Shown: positions 8,991-17,881, numbered from the stretch's first letter. The stretch: 32,000 bases of DNA from an uncultured Clostridia bacterium (GCA_934155165.1 CAKPGS010000007.1:7806-39805), one strand, 5' to 3'. Translations and numbers: made by a program. The notes: a model not told the origin generated them from the sequence alone.

Positions 8991-10172
8991 TTAATTTAAT
9001 TTTGTTCCACAATCTGGGCAAAATTTTGTGTCTTTGTCTACTTTTTTACCACAATTTGGGCAAAATGCTTTTTCTGGTTTTTTTGCTCCGCAATCTGGAC
9101 AGAAATTTCCATTTACTTGTTTTTTACAGTTTGGACATTCCCAAGTTTCAGTAGAAGTTGTATTATTAGTAGAATTATTTTGTACTGGTGTAGCATTTTG
9201 CCATGGAGATGTTGTAGCTCCTCCCATCATTCCTCCAGATGCCATATTAGCCATTCCAACTCCAACAAATCCATTTGTTGCTCCATTTGGGTTATTTGCT
9301 GCATCTTTCATAGATTGAGCATATGCTCCAACCATTGTTCCTTGTTGTATATACGCATTTGAACTTAATTCGTAATTATTAATTTTTTCTTGTGATTCAT
9401 CATCTAATGAAACAGATTCAATATTAAATCCGATTATAGAAATTCCTCTTTTTTGTATTGCTTCATCGTAATTTCCCTCTGCCATTATTTCTTTTACTTT
9501 ATCTTTTTGGCTTGGAAGTGAACGAACCGGTATTTTATTTACACATCCTAATTGATTTAATACTTTTTCAAATGAGTCCATAACTTCACTTCTCATTTGT
9601 TCTAACAATTCATCTTTTCTATATTCATCACTCATACCTGCTATTTCATTCATAAATGTTGCAGGATTTGTAATTTTAAATGTATATGTACCAAAGCATT
9701 TTATAAAAACAGATAAAGGAATAGTTTCACCTGTCATTTGATTTGGTATTGCATGAGACCAATCATCATACATTACTGGTGCTGGTGTACCAAATTTGTT
9801 ATTTATAATTTCTTTAATATTAAAGAAAAATACTGCTTGTTGTTTTGCAGATGCTCCATTAAATGTAAATCTTTGCCACATTTCTTTGAACATTCCTTTA
9901 AATTCACCTTCAAATAAAGAAGGTGTAGAAGATGTATCAAATTTATAGTATCCTTCTTCTGCTGTTGCATCTATAACTCTACCATTATCAAAAATAATAG
10001 CACATTGTCCTGGTCCTACTATAATTGCACTTCCATTTGAAATAACTCCATTTTTTGTAGTAACTTTTTTCATTAAAATATCGTTACCCATTTCTTCGCA
10101 TCTAATTGCTTCTTTCCATTGATCGTGTAAAGTGCTTCCAACAGCACCTAAGCTTGCTTTAATTAATCCCAT
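8991..10172 (-). CDS. SPFH/band-7 family protein with C-terminal zinc ribbons (COG4260, YdjI-like)
   Basis: MGLIKASLGAVGSTLHDQWKE...AIIVGPGQCAIIFDNG... and a C-terminal CPNCKK..CPDCGA..CPNCGK..CPDCG. I moved the start to the ATG at 10172, which follows GGGAGG at 10180-10185; the track start lies inside the RBS. Confidence 0.75.
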   Translation of the reverse strand: MGLIKASLGAVGSTLHDQWKEAIRCEEMGNDILMKKVTTKNGVISNGSAIIVGPGQCAIIFDNGRVIDATAEEGYYKFDTSSTPSLFEGEFKGMFKEMWQRFTFNGASAKQQAVFFFNIKEIINNKFGTPAPVMYDDWSHAIPNQMTGETIPLSVFIKCFGTYTFKITNPATFMNEIAGMSDEYRKDELLEQMRSEVMDSFEKVLNQLGCVNKIPVRSLPSQKDKVKEIMAEGNYDEAIQKRGISIIGFNIESVSLDDESQEKINNYELSSNAYIQQGTMVGAYAQSMKDAANNPNGATNGFVGVGMANMASGGMMGGATTSPWQNATPVQNNSTNNTTSTETWECPNCKKQVNGNFCPDCGAKKPEKAFCPNCGKKVDKDTKFCPDCGTKLN

Positions 10173-10327
10173 AATTTTTCCTCCCAAAATTTATTAATAC
10201 AAGTTAATTTTATTCTATATGTATGCTTTTTGTCAATTAAAAATGTCCGAAAATTAGTATGTAATTTTAGCTGTCAAAAAATATATATGGCAGTAAAATT
10301 TTTTGATATAATTTCATTTTAAAAAAA

Positions 10328-10357
10328 CTGTGTAATTTAATTATTAAATCTACACAG
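10328..10357. terminator. Bidirectional-looking hairpin terminator downstream of the 10378-12183 gene
   Basis: AAAAAAA-CTGTGTA-(16 nt)-TACACAG-TTTTT. Confidence 0.5.
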
Positions 10358-10377
10358 TTTTTATTATATTTTTTTAT

Positions 10378-12183
10378 TTATTCTGGTTCTACTGCATTTA
10401 CTGTAATTCCAGATTTTAAAGAAACAATAGGTCGAATGCTTAAATAACTATGGCTATAGTAATTTTCTGTCAGTTCTCCATTATAATGTACACTAATCAC
10501 ATTTCCTTCATACCCAGCACCAGGGGAAGCAATCCAATAATATTCACATGATTTAATAATTTCTTTACGCGGATAATATAAACTACTATTGTTATATCCT
10601 TCTTTTTTATTCATTACTTGATAATTTATACCAAATGTACTTTGATTTGAATCTATTCCCACATAATATCCTGGATTATATATATCTTTACTTTCTTTAC
10701 AATATAGTTTGTCATTTGGATATCTTTGATTCCAACTTGCTATCCACATTTCTATTGTTGGGCTACCTATTGCATAATCTGCATTTCCCGTACCATTTTC
10801 TTTATCTAAGTACTTTTTCCAATTATTTGTATTTAATAATGTTGAAACACATTTTGAATTGGTCATTCCACTTTGTAATCCATACTCTGCAGCTTTGAAT
10901 CTTGTTAAAAGTGTTGAATTAACTGTTTGAAAACTAGGTACTGAATTCCAGTATGCACTATAATTTGATGTTGTCATTCCTGTTTCAGAAGTATCCACAC
11001 TATTTGCTTTTGTTGTGTCTATATAATCTCCTGTTATTAAAAATATGTGTGTTCCATCTGAATAGAATATTCTCCAATCATTTTGGCCATTTGCTGATGT
11101 GTAATTTGTAACTTTTAATCCATAATATTTAGATGGCTCTTTTGCTACATTTTCTGCTGTAACTTTCGAATAAGATACTGATATATTTATTTCTTCAGCA
11201 TTTGTTGATTTTGTTGTATTTCCCGCTTTATCATATGCTACTGCATACACACTGTATGTTCCACTTGTTAATCCTGTTATTGGATTAGTATCATATTTTA
11301 TATATTTATTTTCTGTAGATTTTTTTACATAATATTCATATTTATCTACTTCACTTTCTGCGTCCGTTGTTACTCCATCTATTTTTAGCCCTGCATCATC
11401 TGTATAAGTTACACTTATGTTGAAATTTGCTGGTGGATTTTTATCTATATTTAGTACTTGAGTAATCTTTTCCTCTGTTTTTCCTTCTATATCTGTTACT
11501 TGATATTTGTAAATTGTATTCTCTGTAGCTGTTTCTGTTATTGTATATTCTTTTTGTCCTTTTGCGTTATATTCATTTCCATCTTTATCTATTATTTTTT
11601 GTATTCCCACACTTGATTTTATTTTTATTGTTGCTGTTACTTCTTTATTGGTAAATTCATTTGTGCTTAAACTAGTTTCTATTGTTGTTTCTCCTTTTGC
11701 TTTTTTCTTTATATGTGCTTTGTGTGATTTATCTATATAAAAATCATAATTTTTATATATTCCAGATGGTTCTTCTACTGTTTGTTCTGTATCCCATTCA
11801 TATGTACAATTTGGTTGTGCTTGCTTTAAATATATTGGAAACTCTTTTATTATTGTCTCCATATTTAAATTTCCATTTTTGTCACTATTCATATTAAGTA
11901 ATGTTAAATCTAGTTCTTCTTCATATTGTGCTATTTCCGTTCTTTCTTTTGCTAATTTTGCTTTTGCAAATAAACCACTCTCACCCATCACAAGGTTTAA
12001 TGTTACACCTGCCAATATTAATAATACAATTATTGTTATTATTAAAGCAATTAATGTTATGGCAGTGTTGGATTCTAGAACTTTTGACATTGATTTATTT
12101 GTATGTTCATTTTTTTCTTCTCTATTTATTAAAGTATAGCAAGTGCTCTCTACAGTCTTAACGTTTTTAAGTTTTTTGTCCAT
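10378..12183 (-). CDS. Large surface protein with a pilin-like N-terminal hydrophobic anchor, Ig/FN3-like middle repeats and an unknown C-terminal domain
   Basis: 601 aa, RBS AAGGAG. The anchor is NTAITLIALIITIIVLLILAGVTLNLVMGESG, paralogous to the 28615-30124 gene. The FN3-like stretch is KYEYYVKKSTENKYIKYDTNPITGLTSGTYSVYAVAYDKAGN. Confidence 0.7.
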   Translation of the reverse strand: MDKKLKNVKTVESTCYTLINREEKNEHTNKSMSKVLESNTAITLIALIITIIVLLILAGVTLNLVMGESGLFAKAKLAKERTEIAQYEEELDLTLLNMNSDKNGNLNMETIIKEFPIYLKQAQPNCTYEWDTEQTVEEPSGIYKNYDFYIDKSHKAHIKKKAKGETTIETSLSTNEFTNKEVTATIKIKSSVGIQKIIDKDGNEYNAKGQKEYTITETATENTIYKYQVTDIEGKTEEKITQVLNIDKNPPANFNISVTYTDDAGLKIDGVTTDAESEVDKYEYYVKKSTENKYIKYDTNPITGLTSGTYSVYAVAYDKAGNTTKSTNAEEINISVSYSKVTAENVAKEPSKYYGLKVTNYTSANGQNDWRIFYSDGTHIFLITGDYIDTTKANSVDTSETGMTTSNYSAYWNSVPSFQTVNSTLLTRFKAAEYGLQSGMTNSKCVSTLLNTNNWKKYLDKENGTGNADYAIGSPTIEMWIASWNQRYPNDKLYCKESKDIYNPGYYVGIDSNQSTFGINYQVMNKKEGYNNSSLYYPRKEIIKSCEYYWIASPGAGYEGNVISVHYNGELTENYYSHSYLSIRPIVSLKSGITVNAVEPE

Positions 12184-12436
12184 TTAAATACATCTCCTTC
12201 TTTTGTTTCCATATAATCACAGTACATAAGCGTTTCCAATTAATGTTTTGTGTGATTTTTCATTTGTATTTAACTTTTAAATTTATTTTTACTTATTTTA
12301 CATTATAATATTTTCTTTTGCAACAATTTTACTAAAAAAATTTGCAAGAACCCAATTAAATTCACCTGTTGTTATTATACTGCCACAATATTCGCATTTT
12401 CCACTTGATGTTATATCCCTTGGTTCTTCACAAAAA

Positions 12437-12465
12437 TGTAACTTTGGGATTACCCCAAAGTTACA
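12437..12465 (-). terminator. Intrinsic terminator of the arsR-cadA operon
   Basis: Perfect 12-bp stem TGTAACTTTGGG / CCCAAAGTTACA starting 4 nt after the cadA stop, followed on the minus strand by TTTTTGTG. Confidence 0.8.
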
Positions 12466-12468
12466 AAA

Positions 12469-14553
12469 TTATTTTAAAATTCTAAGTGTATTGAAAATTG
12501 TTATTAATGTTACTCCTACATCTGCAAATACTGCTTCCCACATATCTGATATTCCAAGTATTGTAAGTAACAATACTAATATTTTTATTCCTATTGAAAA
12601 TATTAAATTCTCTTTTATTATTCTATTTGTTTTTTTAGAAATACGTATTCCTGTTATTATTTTTTCTATCTCATCTGTCATTATTACAACGTCTGAGGCT
12701 TCTATTGCACTGCTTGCACCTACTCCTCCCATAGATATTCCTATGTCTGCTCTTGCTATTACTGGGCTATCGTTTATTCCATCTCCTACAAAAGCAACTT
12801 TGTAATTTTCGTCTTTATTACTTTCTATTACTTTTTCTAATTCACTAAATTTGTCTTGTGGCAACATTTCTGCTTTATATTCATCTATTCCTACTTCATT
12901 TGCAACTTCTTTGGCTACTTCTTTTCTGTCTCCTGTAAACATTCTTGTTTTTATTCCTAGTTTTTTGAATTTTTCAAATGTATTTTTCATATTATCCTTT
13001 ATTTTGTCTTTTAAAATTATTGCACCTTCTACTTTTCCATTTACTGATAAATATAAAGCTGTTCCACTATTTTCTCTATTTGTTTTTTCTTCAACTAGTT
13101 CTTTATTTCCTATTTTTATTGTTTTTCCTTCAAATTCATATAAAATACCTTTTCCTGATATTTCTTTTAAATTTTTTAATTTACTTTCATCTATATCTAT
13201 ATGTTTATATTCTAAAATAGATTTAGCTATTGGATGATTTGAGAATTTTTCTCCATAAGCAAAATATTTATAAACATCATCTTTACTTAAATTCCCATAA
13301 GTTTTAACTTCTACTACTTCAAATTTTCCTGTTGTGATTGTTCCTGTTTTATCAAAAACTATTTCCTTAATATTTTTTATTCCATCTAAATAATCGCTAC
13401 CTTTTACTAAAATTCCTTCCTTAGATGATTTTCCTATTCCTGAAAAATAGCTAAGTGGAACAGATATAGCTATTGAGCATGGACAAGAAATTACTAAGAA
13501 TACTAAAGCTTTGTAAATGCTTTCACTGTAACTTACACTTTTTACAATTAATGGCATAAACACAGCTACTAAAATTGCCATTCCTATTACTAATGGTGTA
13601 TATATTTTTGCTGCTTTCGATACAAAATTTTCTGTTTTTGCTTTTCTATCTGTTGCAGTTTCTACTAATTGTAATACTTTACTTACTGTGGAATTTTCGT
13701 ATTCTTCTGTTACCTTTATTTCTATTAAACCTTCTACATTTATGCTTCCAGATAAAACTTTATCTCCTATTTTTACATTTTGTAATTTAGATTCTCCTGT
13801 TAGAGCTGCTGTATTTAATGAACTATTTCCTTTTGTTACAATTCCATCTAATGGTATTTTTTCCCCATTTTTTACAACAATTATATCTCCAACTTTTACG
13901 TCTTCAGGTGATACCTTTTTAGTTTCGTTTTCTTCTTTTAAATTTGCATATTCTGGTTTTATATTCATTAATTCTTTAATAGATTTTCTGCTTTTATTAA
14001 CTGCTTTATCTTCTAATATTTCACCTATTTCATATAGTGCAATAACCATTAAGCCTTCACTTTGTTTACCTATTAAATATGCACCAATACATGAAATTGT
14101 AATTAATGCACTTTCATCTAAACTATGATTTTTCCATAACATTTTTAGTGCTTTTTTTGCTGTTTTAAATAATAAAATTACATATCCTGCAATTATACAT
14201 AAGGAATTTATTAATTCATTTGAAAATACTCCCATAGAGCCAATAGCAGCAATATAAATTCCTATAATTAATCTTATTATTTCCATATTTATTTTTTTGC
14301 TTTCGTTTTCTGCTTTAGTATTTTCCTTTTTTTCTTCTACAATTTTAGTATCTGGTTCCAATTTTTGAACTATATTTCTTATTTCATTTAATGGATTTTC
14401 TTTATCTGTTTCAAATGTTAATTTTAATGTTGAATAGTTTAAAATAACATTCTTGTATCCTTCTGTTTTTGCTATTTTATCTTCTATTTTTTTAGCACAA
14501 TTTGCACAATCTAAATCTATAACATCGTATCTATACTTCTTCAATATGTTCAC
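12469..14553 (-). CDS. cadA: Heavy-metal (Cd/Zn/Co-type) translocating P1B-type ATPase
   Basis: N-terminal HMA domain (DCANCAKKIE), CPC motif (VISCPCSIAISVP), DKTGTIT and GDGINDSP. The start codon at 14553 is GTG; a TTG at 14544 is an alternative. It overlaps the arsR-family gene by 23 nt. Confidence 0.9.
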   Translation of the reverse strand: MNILKKYRYDVIDLDCANCAKKIEDKIAKTEGYKNVILNYSTLKLTFETDKENPLNEIRNIVQKLEPDTKIVEEKKENTKAENESKKINMEIIRLIIGIYIAAIGSMGVFSNELINSLCIIAGYVILLFKTAKKALKMLWKNHSLDESALITISCIGAYLIGKQSEGLMVIALYEIGEILEDKAVNKSRKSIKELMNIKPEYANLKEENETKKVSPEDVKVGDIIVVKNGEKIPLDGIVTKGNSSLNTAALTGESKLQNVKIGDKVLSGSINVEGLIEIKVTEEYENSTVSKVLQLVETATDRKAKTENFVSKAAKIYTPLVIGMAILVAVFMPLIVKSVSYSESIYKALVFLVISCPCSIAISVPLSYFSGIGKSSKEGILVKGSDYLDGIKNIKEIVFDKTGTITTGKFEVVEVKTYGNLSKDDVYKYFAYGEKFSNHPIAKSILEYKHIDIDESKLKNLKEISGKGILYEFEGKTIKIGNKELVEEKTNRENSGTALYLSVNGKVEGAIILKDKIKDNMKNTFEKFKKLGIKTRMFTGDRKEVAKEVANEVGIDEYKAEMLPQDKFSELEKVIESNKDENYKVAFVGDGINDSPVIARADIGISMGGVGASSAIEASDVVIMTDEIEKIITGIRISKKTNRIIKENLIFSIGIKILVLLLTILGISDMWEAVFADVGVTLITIFNTLRILK

Positions 14554-14887
14554 GACCTTTCTTTACAATTTCAATTACGTGGTCATCATCTAAACTATAA
14601 TAAACCACCTTTCCATCTTTTCTGTATTTTACAAGTTTTGCTTGTTTTAAGACTCTAAGCTGATGTGAAATTGCACTTTGTGTTGAATTTGTTATATATG
14701 CTATTTCTCCTACACAAAGTTCTTTTTCTTCTAGTGCACAAATAATTTTCATTCTAGTAGAATCTGCAAATACCTTAAATAATTCAGCTAAGTCGAATAC
14801 TTTTTCTTCCTCTAACATATTTTCTTTAACTTTATTTACTGTATCTAATCTTATAATATTTTGTTCTTGATTTTCTTCTATTTCCAT
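14531..14887 (-). CDS. ArsR/SmtB-family metal-sensing transcriptional repressor
   Basis: ELFKVFADSTRMKIICALEEKELCVGEIAYITNSTQSAISHQLRVLKQAKLVKYRKDGKVVYYSL is a winged HTH with an ELCV motif. It lies directly upstream of the ATPase gene. Confidence 0.85.
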   Translation of the reverse strand: MEIEENQEQNIIRLDTVNKVKENMLEEEKVFDLAELFKVFADSTRMKIICALEEKELCVGEIAYITNSTQSAISHQLRVLKQAKLVKYRKDGKVVYYSLDDDHVIEIVKKGREHIEEV

Positions 14888-14909
14888 ATATATTCTCCTA
14901 ATTCATTTT

Positions 14910-14929
14910 ATATGAATAGTTATTCATAT
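14910..14929. promoter_or_regulatory. Candidate ArsR/SmtB operator (9-2-9 inverted repeat)
   Basis: ATATGAATA-GT-TATTCATAT is a perfect palindrome between the -10 box and the arsR start. It resembles the TGAA/TTCA-containing 12-2-12 operators of the SmtB family. Confidence 0.6.
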
Positions 14930-14941
14930 GTTCATTTTTAT

Positions 14942-14970
14942 ATTGTATGATTAAATAAAAAAAATGTCAA
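14942..14970 (-). promoter_or_regulatory. Sigma-A type promoter of arsR-cadA
   Basis: On the minus strand: TTGACA (14970-14965), 17-nt spacer, TACAAT (14947-14942). Confidence 0.6.
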
Positions 14971-14998
14971 TAAAAAATTGACATTTAATTTTTGAAAT

Positions 14999-15439
14999 TT
15001 ATGCTAATATTTCTTTTACAACCTCATTTATTGCTTTTCCATCTGCTGATGCTCCTATTTCTTCTTTACAGGCTTTCATGACTTTTCCCATATCTTTCAT
15101 TGAAGTTGCTCCAGTTTTTTCTATTATTTCTTTTACTTTTGTTGTTAGTTCTTCTTTTGTAAGTTGTTTTGGTAAGTATTCTTCTAGTATTGCTATTTCT
15201 TCTTTTGCTTGGTTTATTAAATCTTCTCTTTCGGCTTTTTCAAAATCTGCTAAAGAATCTTTTCTCTTTTTTACTTCCTTTGCTATTATGTCTAAAATTT
15301 TGTTATCTTCTATCTCTATTCCATTGTCTTTTTCAACTTGTAATATAGCTGCTCTTACCATTTGTACAACATTCTTTCTTACAACATTTTTATCTTTCAT
15401 AGATTGTTTTAAATCTTCCATTAATTTTTCTTTTAACAT
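14999..15439 (-). CDS. yqeY: GatB/YqeY domain protein
   Basis: MLKEKLMEDLKQSMKDKNVVRKNVVQMVRAAILQVEKD...LEEYLPKQLTKEEL. I moved the start to the ATG at 15439, which follows AAAGGAGC. Confidence 0.8.
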   Translation of the reverse strand: MLKEKLMEDLKQSMKDKNVVRKNVVQMVRAAILQVEKDNGIEIEDNKILDIIAKEVKKRKDSLADFEKAEREDLINQAKEEIAILEEYLPKQLTKEELTTKVKEIIEKTGATSMKDMGKVMKACKEEIGASADGKAINEVVKEILA

Positions 15440-15593
15440 ATAATCAGCTCCTTTTCTGTATTGTATTTTATACCTTTTTTTATTATTTTTCAATATTTTT
15501 TTCTGGTTGTCGAGGATGCCAAGTCCAAAAACATTTGAAATTTTCTTACAATAAATCGTGTCTCAACATTATTTATTATAAATTTTATATTGT

Positions 15594-16217
15594 TTATCTA
15601 ATGAAATTTGTTTTTATTTTTTCTTCGTATTGTGGTTTTTCTATTTCATTTTCTTCTGCATTTTTTATACATTTTAATATGTATGCCATATTCTTCGCTA
15701 GATTTCTCATTGTTTGCAATCCTTCAAAATCTTGTTTTGCTTCTTCTGCGTTGTTTCCATGTATTTGGTTCCAATACGAACTTCCTACTATATACATATT
15801 GCTCATTAGTGCATATTTGTTTATTTGGTCAAAAGCTGCTGTTGCACCTCCTCTTCTACAACTTACTACTGAGGCAGCTACCTTGTTTTTAAACATTTCT
15901 CCTCGTCCATAAAAAACTCTATCTAAAAAGGATGTTAATGTTCCGCTTGCAGCAGCAAAATGAACTGGGCTTCCAAATACAAATCCATCTGTTTCTTGTA
16001 CTTTGTCTAAAAATTCATTTACTTTATCTTTCATAAAACATCTATTATTATTTTTTAAGCAATAGTTACATCCTATGCATCCTCCAATTGGATTGTTTCC
16101 CAACCACACTATTTCTGTTTCTATATTATTTTCATTTAAAGTTTTTGCGACCTCTTCTAAGGCAACATTTGTTGAGCCATTTTCATGTGGTCCACCATTA
16201 ATTAATATAACTTTCAT
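15594..16217 (-). CDS. Flavodoxin-like NAD(P)H-dependent FMN reductase / iron-sulfur flavoprotein family
   Basis: MKVILINGGPHENGSTNVAL..., a CIGCNYC cysteine cluster, and DGFVFGSPVHFAAASGTLTSFLDRV. Confidence 0.75.
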   Translation of the reverse strand: MKVILINGGPHENGSTNVALEEVAKTLNENNIETEIVWLGNNPIGGCIGCNYCLKNNNRCFMKDKVNEFLDKVQETDGFVFGSPVHFAAASGTLTSFLDRVFYGRGEMFKNKVAASVVSCRRGGATAAFDQINKYALMSNMYIVGSSYWNQIHGNNAEEAKQDFEGLQTMRNLAKNMAYILKCIKNAEENEIEKPQYEEKIKTNFIR

Positions 16218-16247
16218 TTTATCATTCCTTTCAAAATCTTTTATTTT

Positions 16248-16286
16248 GGGCAGACAGAGATGTCCGCCCCTACAACGTTTGACGTT
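16248..16286 (+). repeat. GC-rich REP-like hairpin plus TACAACGTTTGACGTT tail (copy 3)
   Basis: GGGCAGAC-agagat-GTCCGCCC (one mismatch), then C-TACAACGTTTGACGTT. Confidence 0.7.
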
Positions 16287-16310
16287 GATTTGTCTATAAT
16301 ATTTACATTT

Positions 16311-16353
16311 GCGGGTCGCCCTAAGGACGCCGACCCCTACAGCGTTTGACGCT
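16311..16353 (+). repeat. GC-rich REP-like hairpin plus TACAGCGTTTGACGCT tail (copy 4, in tandem with copy 3)
   Basis: The first 31 nt are identical to 4708-4738. The tail carries compensatory changes (AGCGTTTGACGCT versus AACGTTTGACGTT) that preserve a small second hairpin. Confidence 0.75.
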
Positions 16354-16362
16354 ATATTTTTA

Positions 16363-17163
16363 TTATTTTTTAATTTTAAACATATCTATTATTTTGTTTA
16401 TTTCTGCACCTAAAAATAATGTATACATACATGTATATGTCCACATCATAATTAGCATAATTGTTGTTAAACTTCCATACATAAGCGAAAAACCTTTAAA
16501 TATATTTAAATATCTTGCAAATATAAACGATACAATGTTTAGTCCTATTGAACCAATAAATGCTCCGGGTATTTGTGATAGTATTTTTACTTTGTGCTTT
16601 GGTATAAATTTGTATATAGCAATATACATAAAAAATGTAAATACTATATACCCTAATTCTGCTAATGCCTTCCAGAAAAAACTATCTAAGAATATAAATT
16701 TACTTTGCAATATTTCTATAAAACTATTTCCAAATACAAGTAATACAAGTGCTACTGTAATTAACATTAAAAATATTACTGTATTAAGTAGTGATTTTGC
16801 CTTTAGATATATATATTTGCTCTCATCAATTTCATAAATATTATTAAGTCCCTTATTTAAAGCAAAAAGCCCCTTTCCTGCTGACCATAGTGTAAATAAT
16901 ATTGCAATAGATATTGTTCCATATGATTTTGAATATACCTCTTGAACTATTCCTAAAACCAAATCTTTCATTGTTGATGGAATTACATATGAAATAACGT
17001 TATACACAGTTTGTGCTTCTATACCTGTGAATTGTATTAATGATAATAATAAAATTAAAAATGGGACAAATGCAAGAATCATATAATATGATGATTGTGC
17101 TGAAAATTCGCTTACATGGTCATCTCCCATTTTTTCAAATACTTTATTTATTTTATCCTTCAT
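16363..17163 (-). CDS. YihY/BrkB family membrane protein
   Basis: 266 aa, polytopic. SAQSSYYMILAFVPFLILL and the C-terminal YGSLTTIMLIMMWTYTCMYTLFLGAEINK are typical of YihY. Confidence 0.75.
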   Translation of the reverse strand: MKDKINKVFEKMGDDHVSEFSAQSSYYMILAFVPFLILLLSLIQFTGIEAQTVYNVISYVIPSTMKDLVLGIVQEVYSKSYGTISIAILFTLWSAGKGLFALNKGLNNIYEIDESKYIYLKAKSLLNTVIFLMLITVALVLLVFGNSFIEILQSKFIFLDSFFWKALAELGYIVFTFFMYIAIYKFIPKHKVKILSQIPGAFIGSIGLNIVSFIFARYLNIFKGFSLMYGSLTTIMLIMMWTYTCMYTLFLGAEINKIIDMFKIKK

Positions 17164-17197
17164 TCAAAAACTCCTAATATTTTTTTACTATTATACA

Positions 17198-17881
17198 TTA
17201 GAATTTATATTTTGAAATTAAATCTTCAATTTTTTTATAATTTTTTTGATTTTTTTCTATCATTTCTAAGAATTTTTTTGAGTGTGTTTTATATTTTAGA
17301 TGATAATATTCATGCATAACAACATATTCTATAACTGTTCTATTATATTTAGCAATTTCTGGATTAATAGTTATAACTTTATTTTCACATTTTCCTAATA
17401 TAATGCCCATATTTTCTATTTTGAAATCCTCTGGTGCAAAACCTAATAATACTCTTGCTTTTTCCATAGCCATTTCTATTTCATCTTGTGCTACTTTTTC
17501 TATTAATTTATTTAATACAATTTGTATAATTGCTCTGTTATCTATCTTTCTATATTTGTTAGGTAATAAAATTTCTACAATGCTATTTTCCACATTTACT
17601 TCCGGTACAGAAATACTTTCGTATTTAATTTCTAATTCATATTTGTTTCCTAATAAATATATGTATTTATTTATATTCTTTCTTTTTAATTCATATTCAT
17701 TTAATTTTTCTATTATCCATTTTCTTTTTTGTTCAACAACTTCTTGTATTTGATTACTTGTAACATACCAAGGAGCGTTTACTAATACTTCTCCATTTTG
17801 TACTGATATATATATACCTTTATTATCTGCCTTATTAACTGTATACTCTATTACATTGTTTTTTATTCCAAATATATTCAT
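17198..17881 (-). CDS. DUF45 / YgjP-like (M48-type) zinc metallopeptidase-fold protein
   Basis: HEYYHLKYKTHSKKF, an HExxH...H motif in the position typical of the family. 227 aa, RBS GGGAG. Confidence 0.75.
   Translation of the reverse strand: MNIFGIKNNVIEYTVNKADNKGIYISVQNGEVLVNAPWYVTSNQIQEVVEQKRKWIIEKLNEYELKRKNINKYIYLLGNKYELEIKYESISVPEVNVENSIVEILLPNKYRKIDNRAIIQIVLNKLIEKVAQDEIEMAMEKARVLLGFAPEDFKIENMGIILGKCENKVITINPEIAKYNRTVIEYVVMHEYYHLKYKTHSKKFLEMIEKNQKNYKKIEDLISKYKF

Noticed and set aside
16248-16353. Possible mini-CRISPR array formed by two GC-rich direct repeats.
   Set aside because: There are only two units, the repeats are hairpins with different stems, similar copies are dispersed singly elsewhere, and there are no cas genes or regular spacers.
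7074-17753. Many 60-170 aa track ORFs antisense to real genes, for example 7074-7379, 9028-9362, 10635-10898, 11682-12161, 12491-14128, 15078-15892, 16346-16837 and 17403-17753.
   Set aside because: All are Leu/Phe/Ile/Ser-rich and low in complexity, lack RBSs, and lie opposite ORFs with clear family motifs. They are by-products of AAN/GAA-rich codon usage on the coding strand.
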